Virus record (IMG/VR): IMGVR_UViG_3300021061_000016
Length of the DNA: 40,195 nt
Strand: one strand, 5' to 3'
Source of the DNA: a virus
Both the position numbers and the translations under genes were made by a program. Shown one piece after another: positions 1 through 9,804 of the stretch (position 1 is its first letter; the number at the start of each line of letters is the position of its first letter). Under the pieces are notes generated by a model. The model did no database searches, was not told the DNA's origin, and was given only the letters and a program-made list of their open reading frames with translations.

Positions 1-127
1 GGGCGGGAGATTATCTAACCGTCCCAGACCATGCTGATTTTGACTTTGGAACTGGTGATTTTACCGTAGACGCGTGGGTTAGGTTTAGTGGCAGTGTATC
101 AAACGACACACTCGTCACCAGGGGTAA
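1..127. repeat. Terminal direct repeat, copy 1; identical to 40069..40195 (circular-assembly overlap or terminal redundancy)
   Basis: Bases 1-127 (gggcgggagattatctaacc ... caccaggggtaa) recur base for base at 40069-40195. The LamG ORF frame is continuous across the junction. Confidence 0.95.
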
Positions 128-503
128 CGATGACTTTCTTATAAAAATCTCGAATGATGAGATTGAAGTCAAGTTGGTGTCTACCACTGCCATTGTGCGG
201 GCCACAACCATTGCACAGAACACTTGGTATCACATTGCAGTTTCTCGTAGTGGAACAGACGTCAGAATATTTCTTAATGGTACTCAAGTAGGAGCTACAG
301 CCACATCCTCTGCGAATGTTAATTACACAACCCCGCTTGCGATTGGGGCAAATGATGTAGGTGGAACACCATTCCAGTTCTTTTCAGGTTGGATCGATGA
401 GTTTAGGGTTTCAAAGGGTGTTGCTCGCTGGACAGCTGATTTTACGCCGCCAACTTCGGAATATTGTGCAAGTAGCGCACGACGAATTTTCATGGTGAGC
501 TAA
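3..503 (+). CDS. LamG/concanavalin-A-like lectin domain protein, 3' portion; same gene as 39843..40195 across the junction (about 242 aa in total)
   Basis: The frame is open from base 3 to TAA at 501-503, and track ORF 174..503 is its tail. Motifs FDFGTGDFTVDAWVRF, WYHIAVSRSGTDVRIFLNG and FSGWIDEFRVSKGVARW are typical of the Laminin_G_3 jelly-roll fold. Confidence 0.8.
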   Translation, partial: AGDYLTVPDHADFDFGTGDFTVDAWVRFSGSVSNDTLVTRGNDDFLIKISNDEIEVKLVSTTAIVRATTIAQNTWYHIAVSRSGTDVRIFLNGTQVGATATSSANVNYTTPLAIGANDVGGTPFQFFSGWIDEFRVSKGVARWTADFTPPTSEYCASSARRIFMVS

Positions 504-3469
504 TGAAAGTAGATATCATCCAAACCTCATTTGCCGCCGGCGAGATAGGCTCTCCGCTCCATGGCCGGTCGGATCTTGCGCAATGGAATAACGCCTGTCA
601 GATCGTCGAGAACATGATCCCGCGCTCCTATGGCCCGGTCCTCTCTATGCCGGGTACCCGGTACGTCGCCACGGTAAGCTCATCTACACTTCGGACCCGC
701 CTCATTCCTTTTGTCTTCAATAGGACAGACGCCTATATCCTCGAAATGGGCGATTTATATATGCGCTTTTATACCAATCGGGGCCAGGTGGCTGCATCGT
801 CCGGCGCCGGCACGGAGAATTTATCGGGCATCTCGGACCTAATTGCGCATTGGAAATGTAATGATAATACCAATTCCACGACCGTCTTAGACGCCCAAGG
901 AACACATAACGGGACAATATCAACGGGCGTCAATACCGCCACAATTAGCACAACTGGCGTCGTATCGACCGGCTTTAACCTAAACGGCATCTATTCGGTT
1001 GCCGTGGCCGATCATAATAATTTCACCCGTACGGCCTCGAGCCAACCCATGTCGATCGTTGGATGGTTCTACTATGTGGCAAGTGGTGGCATTCAAGCGC
1101 TTGTCGGTAAAGGGGACACAGGCCAAGAAGAATACAGATTGGATATGGATAACGGCGGGCTTGGATTTCGCGTATTCGACAATAATCAGCCGACAAGCCA
1201 TAGATTTACATCGTCCATTTCTCTAAATGAAGGGTGGAATTTTGTCGCGTTAGTTTTCGCCGGTGACGGAACCCAAGCTTCTGATTGCAAATTTTATGTA
1301 AACAAAGTTCTTGCCGTTACCTCTATTGGTGATATTGGAAGCTATGTCGCCATGAGAAACACGACTGGCCGCTTCTTTATCGGCCGATTTGGATCGCCGG
1401 AATATCTATGGCAGGGGAAAGTCGATAACGTCGCCTTCTTTCATAAAGCTCTGTCCTCGGCCGAGGTAAGTTCTTTATACAACATAAGCGCCTATCAGAT
1501 CACGACCGTTTTTCGGGAAAACGAGATATTCGATGTCCATTATGCGCAGCTAAATGACGTGGTATGGCTGACCCACCCCAATCACCCTCCGCAAAAACTG
1601 ATAAGAACCTCATCGAATGAATGGGCTATATCGAATGCGCCAATCACCGGTGGGCCGTTTCTTGACACAAATACCAATACCTCAACAACGCTTTCTGTCT
1701 CGGCGACCCAAGGAACGATCAATGTAACGGCCGGAACTGGCAAGGTCGTCTTTACCCTATCGGGAAGCACCCTAGGCCATCACAATGCCTTCTTTGCGAT
1801 CGGCGGTCTTACGGCTGAAACCAGCGGCACAACCGGGCTAAAAGAGGTCGCTTACGTCAAAATCACCCATGTTATCAATAGCTATACCGCGACCGCGACG
1901 GTAATTAAGAACATTCCGGTCACCACGGCCACCTCTAATTGGGCCGAGGGGGCGTGGAGCGCGGTAAGGGGCTATCCTGCCCGCGTCGCTATCCAGGAGC
2001 GCCGCCTATGGTTTGCCAGGACCAATCACGAACCGCAGAAGGAATGGGGTTCTAAGGTTTTTGAATACGAGAACTTTGCCCTGGATACCCAGGCCGATGA
2101 TGATGGCCTAAACCTAGGCCTAGCCTCGAATGAGTCAAACGAGATCCAATGGCTTGCGCCGGGCAAATCCCTCATTGCCGGAACCTTTGGCGGTGGCTTT
2201 GTGACCAATTCAGGCTCCACCGAGCCGATTACGCCGGATAACGCCAATGCCTCCGAGGAAATAGGTGTCGGATCCGAGCCCATCATGCCGAAGAAGATAG
2301 GAAACTTTATCTATTTTGTCCAAAGGTTCGGAAAGAAGCTCCGAGAAATGTTCTTTAATTGGGAGTTAGACGCCTATAAGGCTGCCGATCGAACGATCCT
2401 CGCCCCTCACATATTGGGCGATGGGGTAATTGACATGGACGTGCAGCGTAACCCCGAGACGATTCTTTATTGCGTTTTAACGTCGGGAACCCTGGCAACC
2501 ATGACCCGGGAGGTCGATCAAGAGGTGACAGGATGGGCTAGGCACACGACAAGCGGGACCTATACCTCAGTCGCCGTGATCCCATCCCAAAGCGAGAATT
2601 ACGACGAGGCGTGGGTCATCGTCGAGCGATGGATCAACGGCTCTCAAAAGAAGTATATCGAGTATTTTGACAATCTCGAGGTGCCATCCAGGCAGGACAA
2701 GTGTAACTACCTTCACTCGGCCCTTACCTTTGACGCTTATGAGGCGACAAGCACTTCGGCCGTCACGATATCGCTCTCCGCTTCCTCGGGGTCTGTCACC
2801 CTTACCTCGTCGAGTGCTTATTTTAATGGTGGGATGATAGGAAAAAGGCTAAGGGCGATCAATTCCGCTGGCACGACCATCGGCGAGGGAACAATCACGG
2901 CAACGGGGTCCACAACCTCGATTACCTTAAGCATCACGACGACCTTTAATGCCTTGAGTTACGCCCGCGGGCTTTGGGGGGTGTCGGTGGCAAGTGTATC
3001 AGGACTGACACACCTTGAAGCAAAGACGGTCGGGATCCTTGCTGACGGGAAAACCGAGTCTTTGACGCGCTCCGTGGCCTCCGGGGTCGTTACTTTGGGG
3101 AGCAATTACTTTGTTATCACCGTCGGGCTTTCCTATGATCAGATCCTTTTTACGCTTCCCAAGGAGGCCGGAACCAATAGAGGCACCGCCCAGGGCAAGA
3201 TGCAGCGGTATAACGAGATCGCCTTTAAGGTCAACCGTTCGACCCAAGGCTTTAAGTATGGGCCGGATTCAAGCAATCTTGATGATGTAAATCTCGCTTT
3301 TACACCAACCGTTACGACACTTTATACGGGTATCCTACCGCCACAGGCCGGCGGCATATCTATGCGAGGGGGATATGCCAGGGGCGCTCAAATTTATATT
3401 AAAAACTCGAATCCGCTACCGATCGAAATATTAAACATCATTGGCTCTTTGGACACCGAGGAAAAATAA
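503..3469 (+). CDS. Tail tubular protein B-like (nozzle) protein with an inserted LamG lectin domain
   Basis: 988 aa; TAATG coupling to the upstream gene. The N-terminus IIQTSFAAGEIGSPLHGRSDLAQWNNACQIVENMIPRSYGPVLSMPG follows the pattern of the T7 gp12-class N-terminus. Residues about 105-325 are LamG-like (WKCNDN ... GKVDNVAFFHKALSSAEVSSLYN). It sits directly before the internal virion proteins. Confidence 0.6.
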   Translation: MKVDIIQTSFAAGEIGSPLHGRSDLAQWNNACQIVENMIPRSYGPVLSMPGTRYVATVSSSTLRTRLIPFVFNRTDAYILEMGDLYMRFYTNRGQVAASSGAGTENLSGISDLIAHWKCNDNTNSTTVLDAQGTHNGTISTGVNTATISTTGVVSTGFNLNGIYSVAVADHNNFTRTASSQPMSIVGWFYYVASGGIQALVGKGDTGQEEYRLDMDNGGLGFRVFDNNQPTSHRFTSSISLNEGWNFVALVFAGDGTQASDCKFYVNKVLAVTSIGDIGSYVAMRNTTGRFFIGRFGSPEYLWQGKVDNVAFFHKALSSAEVSSLYNISAYQITTVFRENEIFDVHYAQLNDVVWLTHPNHPPQKLIRTSSNEWAISNAPITGGPFLDTNTNTSTTLSVSATQGTINVTAGTGKVVFTLSGSTLGHHNAFFAIGGLTAETSGTTGLKEVAYVKITHVINSYTATATVIKNIPVTTATSNWAEGAWSAVRGYPARVAIQERRLWFARTNHEPQKEWGSKVFEYENFALDTQADDDGLNLGLASNESNEIQWLAPGKSLIAGTFGGGFVTNSGSTEPITPDNANASEEIGVGSEPIMPKKIGNFIYFVQRFGKKLREMFFNWELDAYKAADRTILAPHILGDGVIDMDVQRNPETILYCVLTSGTLATMTREVDQEVTGWARHTTSGTYTSVAVIPSQSENYDEAWVIVERWINGSQKKYIEYFDNLEVPSRQDKCNYLHSALTFDAYEATSTSAVTISLSASSGSVTLTSSSAYFNGGMIGKRLRAINSAGTTIGEGTITATGSTTSITLSITTTFNALSYARGLWGVSVASVSGLTHLEAKTVGILADGKTESLTRSVASGVVTLGSNYFVITVGLSYDQILFTLPKEAGTNRGTAQGKMQRYNEIAFKVNRSTQGFKYGPDSSNLDDVNLAFTPTVTTLYTGILPPQAGGISMRGGYARGAQIYIKNSNPLPIEILNIIGSLDTEEK

Positions 3470-4033
3470 ATGGCTATAGGAACAACCACAGCGATCTTAT
3501 TAGGGGTAGGGGCGGCATCGGCCGGGCTTCAAGTAGGCGCTGGAAACGCTCAAGCAAAGAACATCGAGCGCCAAGCCAAGTATAACGCCGAAATTTACGA
3601 CCAACAGGCCGGGATGATCCAGGAGAAAAAGAGGATTCAGGATCAACAATTCAACAGGCAAGCCGCCAGGGTGAGGGGGTCCATCGTCTCAAGAACAGCC
3701 GGCAAGGGACTTTTATTGTCCGGCTCCCCGGCCGCGATCCTAGCCGACACCGAAAGCGAAATGTTATTCGATAAAGCCATCGCCGACTATAACCTCGACG
3801 TTGAAAGAAATTACGCTGCCTCTGGGGCTGGGTATATGAGAGATGAAGGGGCCTCACAAAGCCGGCTTGCAAGATTTACAGGCTATAGTAACGCCTTCTC
3901 AACGCTTCTTAATACCGGCTTGATGGCGGCCCCGTCAATGGCCAAAGCCCCGACATCTGGAAGCACGATCTACAGACCATCGAACACAGGAAGGACCTAT
4001 AAATCGCCCTATGGAAACACTTACAAATACTGA
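3470..4033 (+). CDS. Internal virion protein (small), N-terminal hydrophobic segment
   Basis: 187 aa; ATG one base after the upstream TAA. Gly/Ala-rich hydrophobic N-terminus AILLGVGAASAGLQVGAG followed by a coiled-coil-like region. It occupies the position of T7 gp14-class genes. Confidence 0.5.
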   Translation: MAIGTTTAILLGVGAASAGLQVGAGNAQAKNIERQAKYNAEIYDQQAGMIQEKKRIQDQQFNRQAARVRGSIVSRTAGKGLLLSGSPAAILADTESEMLFDKAIADYNLDVERNYAASGAGYMRDEGASQSRLARFTGYSNAFSTLLNTGLMAAPSMAKAPTSGSTIYRPSNTGRTYKSPYGNTYKY

Positions 4034-4041
4034 GGTGAAAG

Positions 4042-5373
4042 GTGCCTGATTTCCCGCGCTACCAATCCAAAGGTCAAATAACCACCCAGCAGCCCGCCGT
4101 ACAGGCCGCAGACGACACTACAGGCGAAATGCTGGGCCAGGTCGCCAAGGTAGGCCAGAACGTCCAGGAAGCGGCCTTTAAATGGTCCAATACCGTCGAT
4201 ACGGTACAAAAGACGGCCGCCACGGCAAATTTCAAATCAGGGCTATTGGACATCACCCAAAGGGCCCAAGACGACCCCGATTACAATAACTCCGACCAGT
4301 ATTTCAAAGAGATCGAGAAACTACGAACCCAAAGCCTGAAGGGCTTCTCATCTAAAGCCGCCGAGGCGCAAGCCGCCGTCGAGCTTGGGTATGATGCGAA
4401 AGTTGCCCAGATCCAGATCCAGAATCTTTACAAGAAGAAGATGATCGATGTGGGACAGGCGAGCATGCTTAAACTAATCGATACCGAAATCAATAACCCT
4501 AGTGAATCCAGCCTGTCAAATATTCAAAATATTCTTAATACACAGGTGGCCTCTGGAATCGTAGACCATAAGGATGCCTATAAGCTTTATCAGGACTCGG
4601 AGCAAAAGGTCAAATTTAACACATTTCTTAGAGATTTCCGAAACGACCCGGTCGCTGCCGAGAAAGCATTCACTAAAAATACATACGGGCTAGATATCGA
4701 GACCTCCGAAAAGGCCCGCATCAAACTAAAAGAGCTTAAGGCCATGCAACGAGAACAAGAGGGTAATTTGTATGGCGATATGAGTTTGAGGGTAACGACC
4801 GGAGAGATTACAGAGGATGAGATAAATGAAGCTATCGCCGCCAATAAAGCCAATCCCAACGAAGGAATAACAGAGGCGCACGGAAAGCAGCTCATTAATG
4901 CTTATTACAAGGACGTGACAAAAAGAATCGGAGCCAAAGAGTTTAAGAAGCATAGACAAGCCATCGATTTCGTTTTTGCTGATTCTTACCAGGACAGAAT
5001 CAAAGGATATGACGCGATCCTGGAAGCCTACACAGACGGGCTTACCAAAGAGGAGAGCCAGTTTTTAAAGAAGATATTGGATACAAAAAAGGACGTCCAA
5101 TTCGCTAATAAAGCGGCCGCTGGCAAGAAGATGCTAGAAACCCTGCTCGGGGCGAGGCCAAAGGATATCCAGAGAGAAACACAATCCCTTCTTTCCTATG
5201 CTCAAAGAATAGCTGAGGGCATGACACCCGAAGCCGCGGCACAATCGACAGCGCTCGACATCATACACAAAGACCACCCGGCGACCGTTGCAGATCCCGA
5301 TCTTCTTGTCGCATTCACTCCCATGAAAGGCTTGAGGAACATCCCAAAGGTAAAACGTGAAAATTCTGCTTGA
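4042..5373 (+). CDS. Internal virion protein (medium)
   Basis: 443 aa; GTG start preceded by gaggtgaaagg. Helical and charged composition. Assigned by its position between the small and giant internal proteins. Confidence 0.45.
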   Translation: MPDFPRYQSKGQITTQQPAVQAADDTTGEMLGQVAKVGQNVQEAAFKWSNTVDTVQKTAATANFKSGLLDITQRAQDDPDYNNSDQYFKEIEKLRTQSLKGFSSKAAEAQAAVELGYDAKVAQIQIQNLYKKKMIDVGQASMLKLIDTEINNPSESSLSNIQNILNTQVASGIVDHKDAYKLYQDSEQKVKFNTFLRDFRNDPVAAEKAFTKNTYGLDIETSEKARIKLKELKAMQREQEGNLYGDMSLRVTTGEITEDEINEAIAANKANPNEGITEAHGKQLINAYYKDVTKRIGAKEFKKHRQAIDFVFADSYQDRIKGYDAILEAYTDGLTKEESQFLKKILDTKKDVQFANKAAAGKKMLETLLGARPKDIQRETQSLLSYAQRIAEGMTPEAAAQSTALDIIHKDHPATVADPDLLVAFTPMKGLRNIPKVKRENSA

Positions 5374-8300
5374 AGACAAGAATAAGGTAGTCGATATACC
5401 CGAGGGCTTGCAGCCTAATGAGATCGAGGCCGAGCTGCGAAAGTTCTACTCCCCGGAAGAACTGCATGGCTCTACGACCTTTGAGGAAAGAGAGGGATAT
5501 CGCATCCGCAGGGGCCGGGCTTCCGTAGACGACGGCAATGCTTGGTATAAGGCCATGGTAGGCGAGATATCAATGGACGATGCCAGAAAGCAATCGGAAT
5601 CAATAATGGCCGAGTTTACCCCAGACAACGATGAGAAACATCAAGCCTATAACTGGCCTGAGCGGTTCGCGGGTGCCGCAACGGAAATCCTGCCTTACAT
5701 GATGGATTCGGCTATAACTGGCGCCGTTTACGGGGAGGCGATGGGGGCGACATTTGCCGGCGGCGCCATGCTGGCCGGCCAGGCCGGACCACAAGCTTTT
5801 ATCCCTGAGGAAATAGTCACGGTTCCAGGGGCGTATATCGCCGGCAGATCGGTGGGACAGGTTTGGGGCACATGGATGAATGCGACCAAGGTAGAGGGCG
5901 GCAATGCCTATAAAACCATGGTTGAGGGAGGTATTGACCCGGCAACGGCCCGAAACTTTGCGCTACCGGCGGGGTATCTCATAGGGGCGCTTGAGCTTTT
6001 ACAGGTGGAGCGTCTTATCCCTTCTTTTGGCCGGCAGGGCATAACGGAGTTTTTGAAGAAAGCGGCGGTTAATAAAGGCTCCAAGGCTTACCAAACTTTA
6101 AGCAAGGCTTCGGCGCAGATGGCGAAGAATTTAGCCGCAACCACCGCCATTGAAACTGGCCAAGAGATGACGCAGGAGATCGTCAACCTGACCGCAGAGG
6201 TAGGAGCCGGCATTTATAACGATATGGCCGAGGAGGAAGGTTATATCGGTCCCGGCGAAGAAGATATCAAAGAGCGCCTACAAAATACCCTGACAAACTC
6301 CCTTCTTGGATTTCCATTATTGGGCCTTCCAAGGGCAATCCATTCAACGGTATCACTTAATGGCAGGGATCGTTTCGCAGAAAGACCCCTGACCAAGCAA
6401 GCCAAAGAATCGTTAAGTGGTGATTTAACAGAACTGATCCAGGACGTAAGCAAGGTCGAGGAATTTAAGGAATTTCAAGATAGCCTTGGTGAAGAATTTG
6501 GCGATAAAGAAGCCGCTGAGTATGGCTTCGATAACCGCGTTCTTTTTGAAGAAGCAATCTGGAATGCCTCGCGCAATGTGAAAGAGGGCGATATGTACGC
6601 CGAAAATCTACAAATGCGCCAAAAGGACAAGGCAAACCTAATGGGGCCTATAGGCAACGCTTATCAGACCGCCGCCGAATCTGTCTCAAGGATCGCCGAA
6701 CCAATATCCACCCGCCTCAATACAATCAATCCCAAGCTTAAGAATAGGATGCGGAGGTATGAGTTTGACCTAAAGCAGCGAACCTTACAGGACGAAAAAG
6801 CCGTTTTTCCTTTCCTTCAAAAGTACGACAAGCTTTCTGAAAAAGACCAAGCCGACCTGGACTTGGCCTTCAAAAACAATGACGACGCCAGGATCAAAGA
6901 AATCATCGAACGAAATAGCATGGCCGCGGAGTATAAGGCCGTCCGGCACACGCTGGATGCCCTATATGAGAGGGCTACGAAGACCGGCGTGAATATCGGC
7001 TACATTCCAGAGTATTACCCAAGGCAGATCAAGGACGCCAAGGGGATGCTCAAGCTCTTTAAGCAACAGGACGAATGGCCGGAAATGCAAAAGGCCATCA
7101 ATGAAAAAGAGGAAAAGCTAGGGCGCAAGCTTACCGATAACGAGAAGGCCGAGCTGCTTAATTCCATGCTACGGGGCTATAGGGGCAAGAATAGGACGCC
7201 CGGCAACATCAAAAAGCGTGAGATATCCGTCGTTACGCCCGAGTTAAACAAGTTCTACCACCAGGCCCCCCAAGCTCTTTTGAATTACATCTACGGCGTC
7301 AATGATTACGTCGAGGCCCGCCGCTTCTTTGGTAAGTCGGTTAAGGGATCCGAAATGAGCGAGGAAGCAACCAAAGCGAGCATTGGGAATTTTGTCTTAA
7401 ACCTTCTTGAATCCGGTGAGATTGAAGGCAAAGACGCCCAAAGCGTGTCCGATGTTCTTTTGGCCCGGTTCTCCACGAAAGGCCCAGGGGAGATAACCCG
7501 GGCCGTTAAAAATATTTCCTATATGGAAACGATGGGTAGCGTGACATCTGCCATTACCCAGATCGGTGACATCGCCTTCTCTCTTTATAAGAATGGCTTT
7601 TATAACACCGGAAAGGCCCTCGCCAAGCGCCTAGGCGGCCAGGCTGAGATCACCCGAGAAGATATAGGAATTGAGAGGATTGCCGAGGAGTTCGCAGACA
7701 AATCAAAGACGGGTGCCGCTCTCGATAAAGTCTTTAAGATGGTCGGGCTTAACTGGATGGATCGACTAGGAAAAGAAACGCATATTAATGCGGCGCTCGA
7801 GAAGTTTCACAAATTGGCAAAGAACGAGCCGGCAGCTCAAAACGAAAGACAAGCAAAATTTGCCTCTTTAATAAACAATAAAGACCTTATCTCCGAACAA
7901 AGCCGAAAAGAGGCTGAGTTTATAGGCAATAATCTTGAGGAATTTGACGAAGCTTACAGGGCCAAGCTCAAAAAAGAGTATAAGACAGACAACCCCAATA
8001 TTATCTCGTCTGATGTTGCCCGGACCGCTGAAATGGAGGGCCGAGGAAAATTTACTGATCAAGCTTCCGCTGATCGCCATGCTGGGGTATCCGCATACAG
8101 CAAAATGCTTTATGAGGAAATGCTTTCTGATCAGACGCTTTGGGATAAAAACGTCATGGTCATGGCTGGCGTTTCCGGCGCCGGCAAGACAGGAGCGGTA
8201 AGAAAACTAGCTCCCAAAGATTTGAATGACGATATAGTTTACGATACGAATGTTGCTTCTCTTGAATCCGGGGTACGAATTATCGAACAAGCCCTAGCCT

Positions 8301-9442
8301 CCAATCCCGAAAGGGAAGTTCAGGTTTTTTATGTAGATCGGGATCCAATAAAGGCATTTGAAGAAGGCGTTATACCGCGTTATTTGGACCCCGAGGGAGA
8401 TCACCGCGTACTGCCAATAAAAGCACATTTAAATAACATAAAATCAAGAGAAGCAATTAAGCAACTATATGAGCGTTACAAGGATAACCCAAGAGTTCGG
8501 TTTGAATTTATTGGAAACTACGGTGAGAAGGGGGCTTATACCGAGACCTCTATTGAAAATATAGCTTCTAAGGTGTATAATATTGATGAAATAGGAGCAA
8601 TCCTTGAAAAAGGAATCAAAGAAAAACTCAACGCCGGAATCCTCACCAAAGAAGCCGCAGACGCCTTCCGCGGAAAGACATCTTCGATTCACGGAGATAT
8701 GCGCCCGTCGGGTGCAGACTCTAACCAAGAACACAGCCTCAAATTAAGATCCAAACCAAAAACCCCTTCTAAGTTTTATAATCAACTTGTAGATATTTTC
8801 GGTGATAAAGAAGCCGGAAATGTTATCGATGATTTAATCAGTAAAACTCCCTCCGAAAACGTCAAGTTTTTGCTTTTTTCAGAGCTTGCCGATGTCCAAC
8901 CGATCGCTTTATCCGAAATGCCCGAAACCTATCTCCGTGCCGGAAATGGCAGGATCTTCTATATGCTCAAGACCTACACCATCAAGCAAATCGATGTGTT
9001 TAGGAACGAGGTATTTTTACAGATGAAGGATAACCCGGCCAAAGCTTTAGGTAACCTTGTAAGACTCTCTGCATTGCTCATTTTTGCTAATGCCACAGCT
9101 GACGTGATTAAGGACTTCCTGCTTGGGCGGCCTATGGATTCTGAAGACGAGGACTATTGGACTACCAAACTGGTAGACAACATCATCCGTTTATTTGGTA
9201 TCAGCAAATATAGCCTTTACCGATTCAAAAAGGATGGTGTCTCTGAGGGAATCTCAAGCATTGTACTGCCTCCGATATTCAATTTCGTAGCCCGCGGCGC
9301 CAAAGATATCGACAAGGCCATGAAGGATGACGGGGAATTTGAGGCACATCAGGCCGAGATTATTCAGAGCGTTCCGCTTCTCGGTAAGCTCTATTATTGG
9401 TGGTTCGGTGGCGGCAGAAAAAAAATAGAGGACGAGGCTTAA
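5357..9442 (+). CDS. Giant internal virion/ejection protein with an embedded zeta-toxin-like P-loop kinase module
   Basis: 1361 aa; GTG start overlapping the upstream stop. Gly/Ala-rich hydrophobic segments lie near the N-terminus (GAVYGEAMGATFAGGAMLAGQAG). Walker A GVSGAGKT at 8168-8191 is followed by VYDTN, VFYVDRDP and GVIPRY. This is the last gene of the tail/ejection block. Confidence 0.6.
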   Translation: MKILLEDKNKVVDIPEGLQPNEIEAELRKFYSPEELHGSTTFEEREGYRIRRGRASVDDGNAWYKAMVGEISMDDARKQSESIMAEFTPDNDEKHQAYNWPERFAGAATEILPYMMDSAITGAVYGEAMGATFAGGAMLAGQAGPQAFIPEEIVTVPGAYIAGRSVGQVWGTWMNATKVEGGNAYKTMVEGGIDPATARNFALPAGYLIGALELLQVERLIPSFGRQGITEFLKKAAVNKGSKAYQTLSKASAQMAKNLAATTAIETGQEMTQEIVNLTAEVGAGIYNDMAEEEGYIGPGEEDIKERLQNTLTNSLLGFPLLGLPRAIHSTVSLNGRDRFAERPLTKQAKESLSGDLTELIQDVSKVEEFKEFQDSLGEEFGDKEAAEYGFDNRVLFEEAIWNASRNVKEGDMYAENLQMRQKDKANLMGPIGNAYQTAAESVSRIAEPISTRLNTINPKLKNRMRRYEFDLKQRTLQDEKAVFPFLQKYDKLSEKDQADLDLAFKNNDDARIKEIIERNSMAAEYKAVRHTLDALYERATKTGVNIGYIPEYYPRQIKDAKGMLKLFKQQDEWPEMQKAINEKEEKLGRKLTDNEKAELLNSMLRGYRGKNRTPGNIKKREISVVTPELNKFYHQAPQALLNYIYGVNDYVEARRFFGKSVKGSEMSEEATKASIGNFVLNLLESGEIEGKDAQSVSDVLLARFSTKGPGEITRAVKNISYMETMGSVTSAITQIGDIAFSLYKNGFYNTGKALAKRLGGQAEITREDIGIERIAEEFADKSKTGAALDKVFKMVGLNWMDRLGKETHINAALEKFHKLAKNEPAAQNERQAKFASLINNKDLISEQSRKEAEFIGNNLEEFDEAYRAKLKKEYKTDNPNIISSDVARTAEMEGRGKFTDQASADRHAGVSAYSKMLYEEMLSDQTLWDKNVMVMAGVSGAGKTGAVRKLAPKDLNDDIVYDTNVASLESGVRIIEQALASNPEREVQVFYVDRDPIKAFEEGVIPRYLDPEGDHRVLPIKAHLNNIKSREAIKQLYERYKDNPRVRFEFIGNYGEKGAYTETSIENIASKVYNIDEIGAILEKGIKEKLNAGILTKEAADAFRGKTSSIHGDMRPSGADSNQEHSLKLRSKPKTPSKFYNQLVDIFGDKEAGNVIDDLISKTPSENVKFLLFSELADVQPIALSEMPETYLRAGNGRIFYMLKTYTIKQIDVFRNEVFLQMKDNPAKALGNLVRLSALLIFANATADVIKDFLLGRPMDSEDEDYWTTKLVDNIIRLFGISKYSLYRFKKDGVSEGISSIVLPPIFNFVARGAKDIDKAMKDDGEFEAHQAEIIQSVPLLGKLYYWWFGGGRKKIEDEA

Positions 9443-9585
9443 CGATGTTCGATGTCTGGCTCGTAAGGATCGGGATGGTTCCATTTGTAATAAAAGGCAG
9501 CCCCAAGAACGCCGATTATCATGGTCCAGGCGATAATCAACGCCAAGATCGATTTCCAGGTATGTTTTTCTTTTTGCATAAAAAA

Positions 9586-9606
9586 GCGGGGGCATTTAGC
9601 CCCCGC
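9586..9606. terminator. Intrinsic terminator for the minus-strand moron, possibly bidirectional
   Basis: 8-bp GC stem GCGGGGGC (9586-9593) / GCCCCCGC (9599-9606) with a 5-nt loop. On the minus strand it is followed by TTTTTT (9580-9585). On the plus strand it is followed by aagtttt. It lies between convergent genes. Confidence 0.8.
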
Positions 9607-9612
9607 AAGTTT

Positions 9613-9804
9613 TCAGTCGTTCCAACCGAGAGTGTTTGCGTTATTCCACGAATTTCCATCATTGGAAGTATCGCGGTAATGGCTCGATACATACGTTCCA
9701 TTGCTGCGGGTATAGCCTTTGATGCGCTTGATCTGGGCATACGCAGGAGAGGCGAGGCTTGATACAAACGCGAACAGGGCGAACGCTAGAACTACTTTCT
9801 TCAT
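9613..9804 (-). CDS. Small secreted protein (moron); Sec signal peptide
   Basis: 63 aa. MKKVVLAFALFAFVSSLASPAYA|QIK is a classical signal peptide with an AxA site. SD aaaaggagg lies upstream on the minus strand. This is the only convincing minus-strand gene, and it has its own terminator. Confidence 0.7.
   Translation of the reverse strand: MKKVVLAFALFAFVSSLASPAYAQIKRIKGYTRSNGTYVSSHYRDTSNDGNSWNNANTLGWND

Noticed and set aside
9439-9579. 46-aa minus-strand ORF with a clean TM helix (MQKEKHTWKSILALIIAWTMIIGVLGAAFYYKW...)
   Set aside because: It is attractive as a small membrane protein. However, its ATG directly abuts the T tract of the moron terminator, there is no SD, and its stop overlaps the convergent stop. 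It remains possible through terminator read-through, but support is insufficient.
9397-9762. 121-aa plus-strand ORF running from the end of the ejection gene through the intergenic region
   Set aside because: It reads straight through the GC hairpin terminator and runs antisense to the well-formed secreted-protein gene. It has no SD.
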